Assembly: GCA_016124845.1 (NCBI GenBank)
Contig: WGMW01000013.1
Span: forward strand, 46,064 to 110,063
Reading direction: 5' to 3'
Length of the DNA stretch: 64,000 nucleotides
Source: Flavobacteriales bacterium
GTDB lineage: Bacteria > Bacteroidota > Bacteroidia > UBA10329
The notes beneath the pieces are model-generated. The model was not told the origin of the DNA and ran no database searches. It was given only the letters and a program-made list of their open reading frames with translations. The position numbers and the translations under genes are program-made. Of the stretch, positions 1-9,349 are shown piece by piece (position 1 is the stretch's first letter; each line of letters begins with the position of its first letter).

Positions 1-82
1 GCATCGCATGGAATGGAAAGAACGCATAAAAAAGGAATTGAGGCAACGGTAGAACTGTGCTTGGCGTATTTAGAAGCATAAA

Positions 83-1492
83 CTATTTGCTGGAGAAAAG
101 TTCGCCAACTATTCGTTCAAGCGCATCACCATAAATGTCTTTCGCCACTATTTTTCCTTCCTTATCAATAATGAAAATCTTGGGCGTGGTAGAGATGCCG
201 TAGCGAGGAGCAACAGAGGAGTTCTTTATTGGAACGAGTTCACAGACATTTGGGTAGTTGGCATCAAGCTTTTCAAGCGCAGTAAGCCAGTCTTCTTTGG
301 TCTCGTCCAACGAGATGGCAAACACACCGAGCCCTTTTTTTCTCAATTTCTCGTAAAGCGAAACGATCTTCGGACTCTGACCTTGGCATTTTACGCACCA
401 GCTTATCCAAACATAAACGATTGTGTATCTGTTTTTCGTTGCATAGCGTTTCAGATCCTGAGGTTGATCTTTCGAGTCCAACAAATTCACATTGGGCAAT
501 GATCCGCCCTCCATCAGCGACTGCATTTCCGAAAGACGCTTCAGATCCTGAACACTCAGGCTGAGTGCGCAACCATCAGCGTGTCTGTCTATCAGGTAAC
601 GGGCAAGTGTTTCTGTCTTGAAGTTGATGAAATTCCTGAGAAGCAGGTTATACACGAACGAAGCCACATTGGTGTTTTTTGAAACCGCATTCATGATCAC
701 ATCAATCCCCTTCTCTGCACCATCCGTTGTTTTCAACGTGTAGCGGTCCAAATACAGAACAATTTTATCCTCAAGCGCATAATGATTGAGCAGATTCGGG
801 TCGTTGAGTGGAATGAAATCAAAGAAGTGCTCGTTCATCAGAGACAGGTATCCATCATATTCTTCGGTCCATTTAGAATTGGTTCTTCTTGATGGAATCT
901 GATTGATGCCGACAAGGGTTTTGGCGGTGAATGTGTTCGGAAATTGAAGTTGAAGCGCCTGAAGCTGAATATTGAACTCGAAAATCGTGAACTCGATGGA
1001 GTCTTCATATGCCGCCACCTGATGTTTGTAGTCTTTATCGAACGCAGAAATGGTCTGAAGTCGCATTTCAAGGTCTTCCAGCCGCGCATCAAAAAGGTTT
1101 TTGGCGTTGATGAGAATGGCGTAGGCTTGGTTTTCAGGCGAATTGGCAATCTCCATGAACCCGTTTCTCAACGACCAGTAGTTGCTTTCAACGCGCATGT
1201 CATCGTTGGTTGGTGCCCAAATGAATTCCGCGCGGTTCTTTTCATTCAACACAGTTAGAAAGAACAGCCCGGCAGAGGAATTTTCCAACTGAATTTCTGT
1301 GGTAAAAGGGTACTGATTCACCACAATGGTATCCAAAGAAACCACCTGACCATTAACGTATCTTGACAATAGAATGGAAAACCTCTCAGGGAGATTTGAG
1401 CCGTCCTCGGTGATATGAAGGGTAAACGCGGCCGTCTGCATGCAAATGCAGAACCCGAAACAAAAAAGCAAGAATGATCGAAGAATGACCAA
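83..1492 (-). CDS. TlpA/AhpC-like thiol:disulfide oxidoreductase with N-terminal domain of unknown function (secreted)
   Basis: 469-aa ORF with N-terminal signal/hydrophobic segment and a C-terminal thioredoxin-fold module carrying a WCVKCQ (CxxC) active site. Confidence 0.75.
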   Translation of the reverse strand: MVILRSFLLFCFGFCICMQTAAFTLHITEDGSNLPERFSILLSRYVNGQVVSLDTIVVNQYPFTTEIQLENSSAGLFFLTVLNEKNRAEFIWAPTNDDMRVESNYWSLRNGFMEIANSPENQAYAILINAKNLFDARLEDLEMRLQTISAFDKDYKHQVAAYEDSIEFTIFEFNIQLQALQLQFPNTFTAKTLVGINQIPSRRTNSKWTEEYDGYLSLMNEHFFDFIPLNDPNLLNHYALEDKIVLYLDRYTLKTTDGAEKGIDVIMNAVSKNTNVASFVYNLLLRNFINFKTETLARYLIDRHADGCALSLSVQDLKRLSEMQSLMEGGSLPNVNLLDSKDQPQDLKRYATKNRYTIVYVWISWCVKCQGQSPKIVSLYEKLRKKGLGVFAISLDETKEDWLTALEKLDANYPNVCELVPIKNSSVAPRYGISTTPKIFIIDKEGKIVAKDIYGDALERIVGELFSSK

Positions 1493-1498
1493 TAGAGG

Positions 1499-4009
1499 TT
1501 ATTCGAAATTCATACAGTTGGCCGCGCAGGTCACCCCATTGGTATCTTCATACGCCTCAAGGTACATGCGCCAGCGCCTTCTGGAGTTATAAGCCTCCGT
1601 ATAGGTGGCGGTATAATTGGTCTGCTCTCCATATCCATAACCATCAGGATAGACCGCGCACTGCACATCATCGTCCTCATCCGTAGCGCTCTGGTTGTTC
1701 TTGAAACCGACCTGGGCCACGGCACAGAAATCCCATGTTCCGAGGTCGTAGCTACCACTTCCACAACCGTAGCAACCGCAGTAGCAATAGCGTTGGAAGT
1801 AGTAGTAGCTTTTGCGCATCCTTATACCTCCGTCTTCAATGTCAAGACCCGTACTTCCTGTACTTCCACCAGCGGCACGGTAAGTTGTGTTAATAACCAC
1901 CTTATATCCATTGGGTGGAGAAAGATGAAGGTTCGAATTAGTGGAGAGAACACGACCCTGAATGGTGAGGTCGCCCCAATCAGCCGAACCATCTACCGTA
2001 CTGCTGCTGCCGCAGGAAGGACAGTCGAACAGAACGCCTCCTCTGAAGGTGGTACGGCCATTGTCGCTTCGGATGCTGAGAAGATTGACGTTGGAACTGT
2101 TCTCGAATATGAAACCATTGCTTGAGTTGTCATACGCTCTGAAACGGATGGCATGCGAGGTAAAACCACCACCAGCGGGCGCGGTTCCGCCACTCAGCGA
2201 AAGACCACCGCCCGATTGACCCATGTAAATGCCCCAGTTCGAATCACCAGCAGTCCACATCCAAATACCTCGCGAACCTCCTCCGTTCACCCCGTTCTGA
2301 ACAACAATTTTTCCATCGGGATGAATGTCTCCATTCACGTGAAGTTTGAAGCCAGGTGATGATGTTCCCACACCTATATTGGCGGTGCCATCACTATAGA
2401 GGTAGGCGGAAGTGTTGGTTCCCAGTCGCAGGCCGCCATTGCTGCTGGTCTGCTGACCTGTAATGCCGACCGTATTGGATGCATTAATATCTCCTATCCA
2501 GGCGTCATCGCCCACTTCAAGAACATTGCCGCTACCATGATTTACATAATAGACCGATGCAGAACCAGAACCGCTGATTCTGAAGTTGGCGCTCTGATCG
2601 GACGCGTTCTGGTTTTGGATGTAGTTGGTGCTGCCTGATGGAAGATCAGACCCAGTAGCAATGGATAAGGTGCCTGAGGACGCTTTGACCAACCCAGAGC
2701 CAAGGGAGCTCATGGTGACTGACCCCGCGCTGCTGATGCTCAGACTATTGTTGGGAGCTGCATAATTTACCTTGAAAGGAGAGGTCCAAGTACCAGGCGA
2801 GTTGTTGTTTCCGTAGTCACCGATCACGAAATTGAATGAGGCATCAAAACCCAACCGCATGTGCCTGGTTCCTCCGCCACCATCGTTCTTACCGATCACC
2901 AAAAACCCATCGGAACCTGAAACTGCCGAGTTGCCTACAGAAAGCGGACCGATCGGGCTGGTGTTTCCGACACCCACATTGCCATTGGCCGCTATTCTCA
3001 TACGTTCCTTGGCAGCCGAAGTGCCAGGAGTGCCCGCAGGCTTTGTGAAGAAAGTGAGGTATCCTCCCTTATTGCTATTGCCTTGGTTTTCTGCGGCATG
3101 TCCTCGTATACCTGCACTTGCGTCTGTTGACGAAGGCCCCGTGTCGTCTGTACTATCAAAGAGCAGCGAGCCAAGTACGTCATCAAGTGCAGTAGTGTTG
3201 TCCTCGCGGGTCAGGTAAAGAGTGGCTCCAGAAGGATTACCCACATTCAAGTTTGCATCGGGAGTTGCGGTTCCAATTCCCACATTTCCTCTAAAATATG
3301 CGTTATAGCCACTACCAGAGGATGCAACCTCAAAAGCCGATAGACCGCTTACATTGTCGCCAACGGCAAAACCCTGTCCTGCCCCGGACGCAAAAGTGAG
3401 AAACTGAGTATGACTGGTGACCAAACCTCGGGTAAAACCAGGTGTAGCACTCATACCGATCCTCCAGTTAGCATCCGAAGGGTCCCAGGTATAAATCGCT
3501 TTGTTTCCTGATGAGCTTGGTAGGGAGATGTTTCCGATTACTTCCAGCTTCTGAAGCGGTCCGGTTGTACCAACACCAACATTACCGTTCACCGTTAATC
3601 CACCCGTTCCAGTAATATTTACCGCACCGGCATCTGCTGTGATCGTTCGACCAGCACCAGCACCCCCTTGATCGTATGACTCATCGAGTGTGTTGTGAGC
3701 AAAATTGGAGGTGTTCGGTATTTCGCGCCAAGTATTTGCCGAGCCATCCCAGTACCAATAAGATTGGGTTGTGGTGTCGTAAACGGTCATCCCCGAAATT
3801 CCTGTTGGCACAAAAGCGGTTCGTTGTGAAGAGGACATGCGAGGAAGCAACGCACCTTTGGTGGTACTTGAGACATCCAATATGGCATTGGCATTCGGAG
3901 CTGCACCCGTGCTATTGATAGAGACCCCGGTCTGAGCAGATGCCCAGTGCGTACAGATCAAGAGTAAGAGGGCGATTATTGGATTTGGTTGAATGGAAAA
4001 ACGTTTCAT
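1499..4009 (-). CDS. large secreted Gly/Ser/Thr-rich repeat protein (Bacteroidota-specific family, function unknown)
   Basis: 836 aa with signal peptide MKRFSIQPNPIIALLLLICTHWASAQ. Conserved N-terminal module ...KGALLPRMSSSQRTAF...GMTVYDTTTQSYWYWDGSANTW, and repeated GNVG(I/V)GTxxP...L.V.G motifs. Acidic, Cys/Tyr-rich C-terminus (CYCGCYGCG). Confidence 0.6.
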   Translation of the reverse strand: MKRFSIQPNPIIALLLLICTHWASAQTGVSINSTGAAPNANAILDVSSTTKGALLPRMSSSQRTAFVPTGISGMTVYDTTTQSYWYWDGSANTWREIPNTSNFAHNTLDESYDQGGAGAGRTITADAGAVNITGTGGLTVNGNVGVGTTGPLQKLEVIGNISLPSSSGNKAIYTWDPSDANWRIGMSATPGFTRGLVTSHTQFLTFASGAGQGFAVGDNVSGLSAFEVASSGSGYNAYFRGNVGIGTATPDANLNVGNPSGATLYLTREDNTTALDDVLGSLLFDSTDDTGPSSTDASAGIRGHAAENQGNSNKGGYLTFFTKPAGTPGTSAAKERMRIAANGNVGVGNTSPIGPLSVGNSAVSGSDGFLVIGKNDGGGGTRHMRLGFDASFNFVIGDYGNNNSPGTWTSPFKVNYAAPNNSLSISSAGSVTMSSLGSGLVKASSGTLSIATGSDLPSGSTNYIQNQNASDQSANFRISGSGSASVYYVNHGSGNVLEVGDDAWIGDINASNTVGITGQQTSSNGGLRLGTNTSAYLYSDGTANIGVGTSSPGFKLHVNGDIHPDGKIVVQNGVNGGGSRGIWMWTAGDSNWGIYMGQSGGGLSLSGGTAPAGGGFTSHAIRFRAYDNSSNGFIFENSSNVNLLSIRSDNGRTTFRGGVLFDCPSCGSSSTVDGSADWGDLTIQGRVLSTNSNLHLSPPNGYKVVINTTYRAAGGSTGSTGLDIEDGGIRMRKSYYYFQRYCYCGCYGCGSGSYDLGTWDFCAVAQVGFKNNQSATDEDDDVQCAVYPDGYGYGEQTNYTATYTEAYNSRRRWRMYLEAYEDTNGVTCAANCMNFE

Positions 4010-4260
4010 GATAAGAACATTATGGTTCTGCGTAGAACTCAGTACAAAGGTAATCGCTCAATAGAGCGTTTTCATGTCGCGTCCATGGAGTCTCAGATTA
4101 AAAAAGGGTTAACAGAACGAATTCAGAAATTAAAACCCACGGACATAATTGAACTTTGGAGCCTATCCAATGTACACGAACAGAAGTTTAAAAATAACAG
4201 AATAATCGGAATGTTGACAGATGCCAGCATTGGTTGTAATCATTCCTTAAGTTCGCCATC

Positions 4261-6339
4261 ATGACAAAAACAATACTGAAAGTGGTATTACTGAGCATGT
4301 TGCCGCATGTTCTTCTGGCGCAGTTCGACCCAAGTAAGATCACAATCGCCCGAGACACTTATGGTGTTCCGCACATTTTTGCCGAAACAGATGCAGAAGT
4401 TGCCTATGGCTTGGCATGGGCAAGCGCAGAAGACCTGTTCCCAACGATGCAGGAAATGCTGTATGCGGGAAAGGGTTTTGCAGGACGTTACCAAGGAAAA
4501 GACGGGGCGGGCCGCGATTTCTTAACGCACGCCTTGGGTTTGCAAAAACTGGTTGCGGAACGGTACGAAACCGACATTTCTCCCGAGTTCAAGAAATATT
4601 TGGAAGGATTCTGTGCGGGAATCAACGCGTATGGAAAAGCGCATTGGAAAGATGAGGACTTCATCAAAAAGGCATTTCCGATAACACCACAGGATGTAGT
4701 GACCAGCTATGTGTTCTCCCTGAGTGTCATCTGCAACGCGCATAAACCGATACAACAGATTCTGGCCAACAAGTTCGATAAGGAAGAAGTGCCGATGGGC
4801 TCCAACGCCTTTGCAGTGAACTCAACGTTTACGGAGGATGGGAACACATATTTGGCTGTAAACCCGCACATGCCGTATGATGGTCCGTTTTCGTTCTATG
4901 AGGCGCATTTGAATTCAGAAGAAGGCCTGAACATTCTTGGTGGTCTTTTTCCTGGTGGAGTTTGCATCTTCCTTGGTAGCAACGAGAATCTGGGTTGGTC
5001 GCACACGTGGAACGGCCTTGACCTCGTGGACACCTACAAGCTGAAAATGCATCCGAAGAAAAAACTCTATTACGAGTATGACGGTGAATGGTTGAAACTG
5101 GAGAAACGCCCCATTTGGTTGAAAGTGAAAGTTGGCGGAATCACAATTCCTGTAAGAATGATGAGCTATTGGAGCAAATATGGCCCAACGCTCCGCTCGA
5201 AAAAAGGCAAGAAGTTTTACTCCGTGAAGTGTCCTGCGGCTGAGGATATCCGCGTGGCAGAGCAATGGTTCCGAATGAACAAGGCGAGCAATTTCACCGA
5301 GTTTAAGAAAGCACTGGAAATGATGGCGCTCGGTAGGTTCAATATTGTCTATGCCGACCGTAACGACACCATTTATTACGTGGATTATGGCATGATTCCC
5401 GACAGAAACACGGACTACAATTATGAAGGGTTGGTTGTGGGAAACACCTCGAAAACCAACTGGGACAAAGTGATTCCTTTAGAGCGCTTACCGTACTATT
5501 TGAACCCAGAATGCGGCTACGTTTTCAACACGAATAATGCACCGTTCAACGCCACTTGCGAATACGGAAACTTGGCGTGCGAAGCGTACCATGATCACAT
5601 GGGTTTCCGAAAGAAGGACAACAATCGAAGCGTGGAATTTCAGAACTTGATCGAGGCGGCAGGAGACCGATTGAGTTGGGATGAGTTCAACGCGATAAAG
5701 TGGAATCAGGACCTTCCCGCAAACCATATTTTCATTGAAAGCATGCAGAACGCCTACAACCTCGATGCGACCAAATACCCAGACATTGCCGATGCGATCG
5801 GGGTGATGCACCGTTGGGATTACAACATGGGACCGCAGAACCTACAGGCCGCGTTTGTCTATGCCACCACACAAAAGGTTTTGAAGAAAACAGGGAAGCG
5901 CTCTCAGGCCGTGGAAGAAGGGCTTTTTGTAGATGACAGCGTTTGGGTCGCTGCCATACGCAAGACGAAAGAGGAGTTCATGCGCCATTTCAATAAACTC
6001 GAAATGCCGTTTGCCGATGTGCAAAAATTCACGCGCAGCGGAAAGACCGTAGGAATGGGCGGAATACCCGATGTGCTGGCCGCCTGCGCCAGCGAATGGG
6101 ACGCGGAAAAAGGGACTATGGAGGCAAAAGGTGGCGACACCTACGTGCAGTTGACGCGTTTCTCAAAGGAAGGTCTGCCTTACATCGAATCGCTGATGGC
6201 GGGCGGAAACTCGGATCGGCCAGACAGTCCGCATTTCAATGATCAGATGGACATGTTGGCGGGGTACAAGACCAAGCCGATGACCTTGGACAAAGAGAAG
6301 GTCCTGAAGGATGCTGTTCGGGTTTATCATCCCGAATAG
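4261..6339 (+). CDS. penicillin amidase/acylase family Ntn-hydrolase (AHL-acylase-like), secreted
   Basis: 692 aa with signal peptide. GSNAFAV motif matches the N-terminal Ser nucleophile region of the beta subunit of penicillin/AHL acylases. Size typical of the family. Confidence 0.8.
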   Translation: MTKTILKVVLLSMLPHVLLAQFDPSKITIARDTYGVPHIFAETDAEVAYGLAWASAEDLFPTMQEMLYAGKGFAGRYQGKDGAGRDFLTHALGLQKLVAERYETDISPEFKKYLEGFCAGINAYGKAHWKDEDFIKKAFPITPQDVVTSYVFSLSVICNAHKPIQQILANKFDKEEVPMGSNAFAVNSTFTEDGNTYLAVNPHMPYDGPFSFYEAHLNSEEGLNILGGLFPGGVCIFLGSNENLGWSHTWNGLDLVDTYKLKMHPKKKLYYEYDGEWLKLEKRPIWLKVKVGGITIPVRMMSYWSKYGPTLRSKKGKKFYSVKCPAAEDIRVAEQWFRMNKASNFTEFKKALEMMALGRFNIVYADRNDTIYYVDYGMIPDRNTDYNYEGLVVGNTSKTNWDKVIPLERLPYYLNPECGYVFNTNNAPFNATCEYGNLACEAYHDHMGFRKKDNNRSVEFQNLIEAAGDRLSWDEFNAIKWNQDLPANHIFIESMQNAYNLDATKYPDIADAIGVMHRWDYNMGPQNLQAAFVYATTQKVLKKTGKRSQAVEEGLFVDDSVWVAAIRKTKEEFMRHFNKLEMPFADVQKFTRSGKTVGMGGIPDVLAACASEWDAEKGTMEAKGGDTYVQLTRFSKEGLPYIESLMAGGNSDRPDSPHFNDQMDMLAGYKTKPMTLDKEKVLKDAVRVYHPE

Positions 6340-6372
6340 TCGGAAATCAACACATCCGCCTACTTTTGACCC

Positions 6373-7512
6373 ATGCTCTTTTCGCAGGTTGTAGGACAGC
6401 AGAAACTCAAGGAGAAACTCATTGGCTCGGTGCAGAATGCACGGGTGGCGCACGCACAGATGCTGGTCGGGCCATGTGGTGCGGGCTCGCTACCGATGGC
6501 GCTGGCCTATGCGCAATATCTGGCGTGTAAGAAAAGAACAGCATCGGATTCGTGCGGCAAATGCGATTCGTGCATCCGATATGCGAAATTGGAACATCCC
6601 GACCTACAGCTCATTTTCCCGAAGAATAAGACGCAGAAGGTCGATCACAAGAATTTTTCGAGCAAGGATTTTCTGCCCGATTGGCGAAAAGCGGTTTTGG
6701 CAAACCCGTACCTCAACCTGAATGATTGGCTCAAAGGCCTCGGCATTGACAACAAGCAGGGCGCCATCAACGTGGATGATAGCCGCGAGATCCTTCAGAA
6801 CTTGAGCTACAAAGCATACGAAGCCGATTACCGCGTGGTGCTCATTTGGTTGGCCGAATACATGAATACCGCAGCGGCAAACAAGCTCTTGAAAATTCTG
6901 GAGGAACCACCAGCACGAACGGTTTTCCTACTGGTGGCAGAGAGCACGGAGAACATGCTTCAGACCATCATTTCGCGGGTGCAGATTCATCGGTTGGGAA
7001 GGTTGAGTGAAGAAGAAATTGCAGGTGCGTTGGCTTCGGAAGATGTTGATTCCGATCAGGTGCAACGCTTGGCACATTTGGCAGATGGAAACCTGAACTT
7101 GGCGAAGCAGCTACTTGATGAGCAGGAATCGGTCACTACATCCGTTAACTTCTTCATAAAATGGATGCGGACGTGTTACGCCATGAATTTGGAACAGCTA
7201 ATGGAGCTGACGGATGAATTCAATACCCTTGGAAGAGAACAACAGAAAGCGCTGCTCGAACAGTCGGCCAGCATATTGAGGAAGGTTCTGATGTACAAGA
7301 CCATTCCTGACATGAAGGGCAAATTGCTCCGTGAAGAGATTGATTTCGTACACAAATTCTCACAGTTCATCGGCTTGGAAAATTCAGGACAGATGTTGGA
7401 AGCCTTGAACGAGGCACACTATCACATTGAGCGGAACGCCAACGCGCGCATCGTTTTCACCGACCTTTCCTTCATTCTCGCTGACCAGCTAAGAAGTATG
7501 GCTTTGCGATAA
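6373..7512 (+). CDS. holB: DNA polymerase III subunit delta'
   Basis: AAA+ clamp-loader features: MLVGPCGAGSLPMALAYAQYLAC P-loop-like segment, CGKCDSC zinc module, SRV/SRC-like ISRVQIH. Followed by a PSP1 gene, as in the Bacillus holB-yaaT arrangement. Confidence 0.85.
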   Translation: MLFSQVVGQQKLKEKLIGSVQNARVAHAQMLVGPCGAGSLPMALAYAQYLACKKRTASDSCGKCDSCIRYAKLEHPDLQLIFPKNKTQKVDHKNFSSKDFLPDWRKAVLANPYLNLNDWLKGLGIDNKQGAINVDDSREILQNLSYKAYEADYRVVLIWLAEYMNTAAANKLLKILEEPPARTVFLLVAESTENMLQTIISRVQIHRLGRLSEEEIAGALASEDVDSDQVQRLAHLADGNLNLAKQLLDEQESVTTSVNFFIKWMRTCYAMNLEQLMELTDEFNTLGREQQKALLEQSASILRKVLMYKTIPDMKGKLLREEIDFVHKFSQFIGLENSGQMLEALNEAHYHIERNANARIVFTDLSFILADQLRSMALR

Positions 7513-7689
7513 CGGACCTCTTTGCCTTCGGCATCTCTCCAAACAAGACAATGGAGTTTTGGAAGCATCAACTATCGGCCTCTGTGAAACGCAGAAACGC
7601 CTAATATCTCTGTGTAATAGAACCCCACACGAACATGGAGACATAAACCATTAAATTTGCCCAATTAGTTAGTTCAAGCAACCGAAAAG

Positions 7690-8889
7690 ATGGGATGTAG
7701 CGGATGTAGTAATGGAAAGACCGAGAATGGTCTTCCCCGCGGCTGCAAGAACAATGGAAGTTGCCAAACAGGCAGTTGCGATAAGTTGAGTGTTTTCAAC
7801 TACCTGTCCAACATGGAAGACACCGTAGGTTACACGGTTTCAGATTTCGTGGAGGTCAGGTTCAAGAATACGAGAAAGCAGTTTTTCCGTCAGGAGAACC
7901 TGCGATTGTCAGAAGGTGATGTGGTAGCAGTGGAGGCTTCACCGGGTCACGATATCGGAACAGTTTCTTTGGCGGGCGACCTTGTTCTCTTGCAAATGCG
8001 CAAGCGGAATGTAGATTCCGCCACAGGCGATTTTAAAAAGGTGTACCGAAAGGCCACCGAAGCCGACATTGCCAGTTGGCAAGAAGCAGTAGATCTGGAA
8101 AAGCAAACCAAGACACGGGCTCGCGTCATTGCGCGCGAATTGGGTCTCAATATGAAGATCAGCGATGTTGAGTTTCAAGGAGACAAGAGCAAGGCGATCT
8201 TCTATTACACGGCCGAAGACCGTGTGGATTTCCGTGAGTTGATCCGCAAGTATGCGGATGAGTTCAAGGTGCGGATCGAGATGAAGCAGATCGGTTCGCG
8301 ACAGGAGGCCGCGCGTTTGGGTGGCATCGGTCCGTGTGGACGAGAGTTATGCTGCTCAACGTGGTTGACCGATTTCCGAACCGTAAGTACGAGTGCCGCG
8401 CGTTATCAGCAGCTGTCGCTCAATCCGCAGAAACTGGCGGGGCAATGCGGGAAACTGAAGTGCTGTCTGAACTACGAGCTGGACAGTTACTTGGATGCGT
8501 TGAAGGATTTTCCGAGCGCGAAAACCAAACTTGAGACCGAGCGGGGAGTTGCTTTCACACAGAAAGTGGACATCTTCAAAGGGCTGATGTGGTTCACGCT
8601 GAAGGACGACCCAAGCAAGTTCATTGAAGTTCCTGTGGAGCGTGTGAAGGAAATCCTCAAAATGAACAAGGAAGGAAAGAAACCTGCCGTGCTGGTTGAT
8701 GAGTCTTATGCTGCGCCTGTAAAAGTGAAGCACGACTATGAGAACGTAGTGGGGCAGGACGATCTTACACGGTTTGACCGTCCGAAAGGTCAGGGAAACC
8801 GTAAAAAGAAATCGGGCAACAAGCGTAGGAATAACCGCAATCGCAACCGAAACAACAACAAGGGCAATCAGAACAACAATGCCTCGTAA
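7690..8889 (+). CDS. PSP1 C-terminal domain protein (RicT/YaaT-like) with Cys-rich N-terminal extension and basic N/R/K tail
   Basis: Core ...VGYTVSDFVEVRFKN...GDVVAVE... resembles YaaT/PSP1. Conserved position downstream of holB. Alternative start ATG at 7813 would remove the 41-aa Cys-rich leader. Confidence 0.7.
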   Translation: MGCSGCSNGKTENGLPRGCKNNGSCQTGSCDKLSVFNYLSNMEDTVGYTVSDFVEVRFKNTRKQFFRQENLRLSEGDVVAVEASPGHDIGTVSLAGDLVLLQMRKRNVDSATGDFKKVYRKATEADIASWQEAVDLEKQTKTRARVIARELGLNMKISDVEFQGDKSKAIFYYTAEDRVDFRELIRKYADEFKVRIEMKQIGSRQEAARLGGIGPCGRELCCSTWLTDFRTVSTSAARYQQLSLNPQKLAGQCGKLKCCLNYELDSYLDALKDFPSAKTKLETERGVAFTQKVDIFKGLMWFTLKDDPSKFIEVPVERVKEILKMNKEGKKPAVLVDESYAAPVKVKHDYENVVGQDDLTRFDRPKGQGNRKKKSGNKRRNNRNRNRNNNKGNQNNNAS

Positions 8890-9349
8890 ACCATTCCTGT
8901 TTGCGGGAATGCTGATGCTGACCTTGGCAGGCTGCAAGCAGGTCATGTTTCAGGAAAGCGAACCGATTCCTAACAAAATTTGGGAACTCGACCATAACGT
9001 TCGCTTCGAGGTAGACGTTAAAGACACCACAAACGGGTACGATTTTTACATCGACCTACGCAATGACGCCATGTATCCGAACGCCAACATTTACCTCTTT
9101 GTCAACACGACCTTTCCTTCTGGAAAGACAGCACGAGACACGGTGGAATGCATTTTGGCCGACCGCACAGGAAGATGGTTGGGAAGTGGCCTTGGCGACA
9201 TTCTCGACAATCATATTCTGTTCAAGGAGAATGTCCTTTTCCCCAATTCGGGAACCTACGTTTTCGAGTTTGAGCAAGGCATGCGGAACGAAGCGTTGCC
9301 GTCTATATTAGATGTCGGTATTTCAATAGAAGAACACACACGCAAATAG
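8879..9349 (+). CDS. gldH: small lipoprotein, GldH-like (gliding-motility associated) by context
   Basis: Internal ATG at 8879 gives MPRKPFLFAGMLMLTLAGCKQ lipoprotein signal with lipobox Cys, about 156 aa. Sits between the PSP1 gene and the class A PBP, the position occupied by gldH in flavobacterial genomes as I recall. No sequence-level confirmation possible here. Confidence 0.45.
   Translation: MPRKPFLFAGMLMLTLAGCKQVMFQESEPIPNKIWELDHNVRFEVDVKDTTNGYDFYIDLRNDAMYPNANIYLFVNTTFPSGKTARDTVECILADRTGRWLGSGLGDILDNHILFKENVLFPNSGTYVFEFEQGMRNEALPSILDVGISIEEHTRK

Noticed and set aside
1793-3218. Multiple 60-130 aa plus-strand ORFs inside 1499..4009
   Set aside because: Shadow ORFs created by the Gly/Ser/Thr-rich codon bias of the minus-strand repeat protein.
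3989-4264. 91-aa ORF in the gap between the repeat protein and the acylase gene
   Set aside because: No motifs, overlaps the likely acylase promoter, probably spurious.
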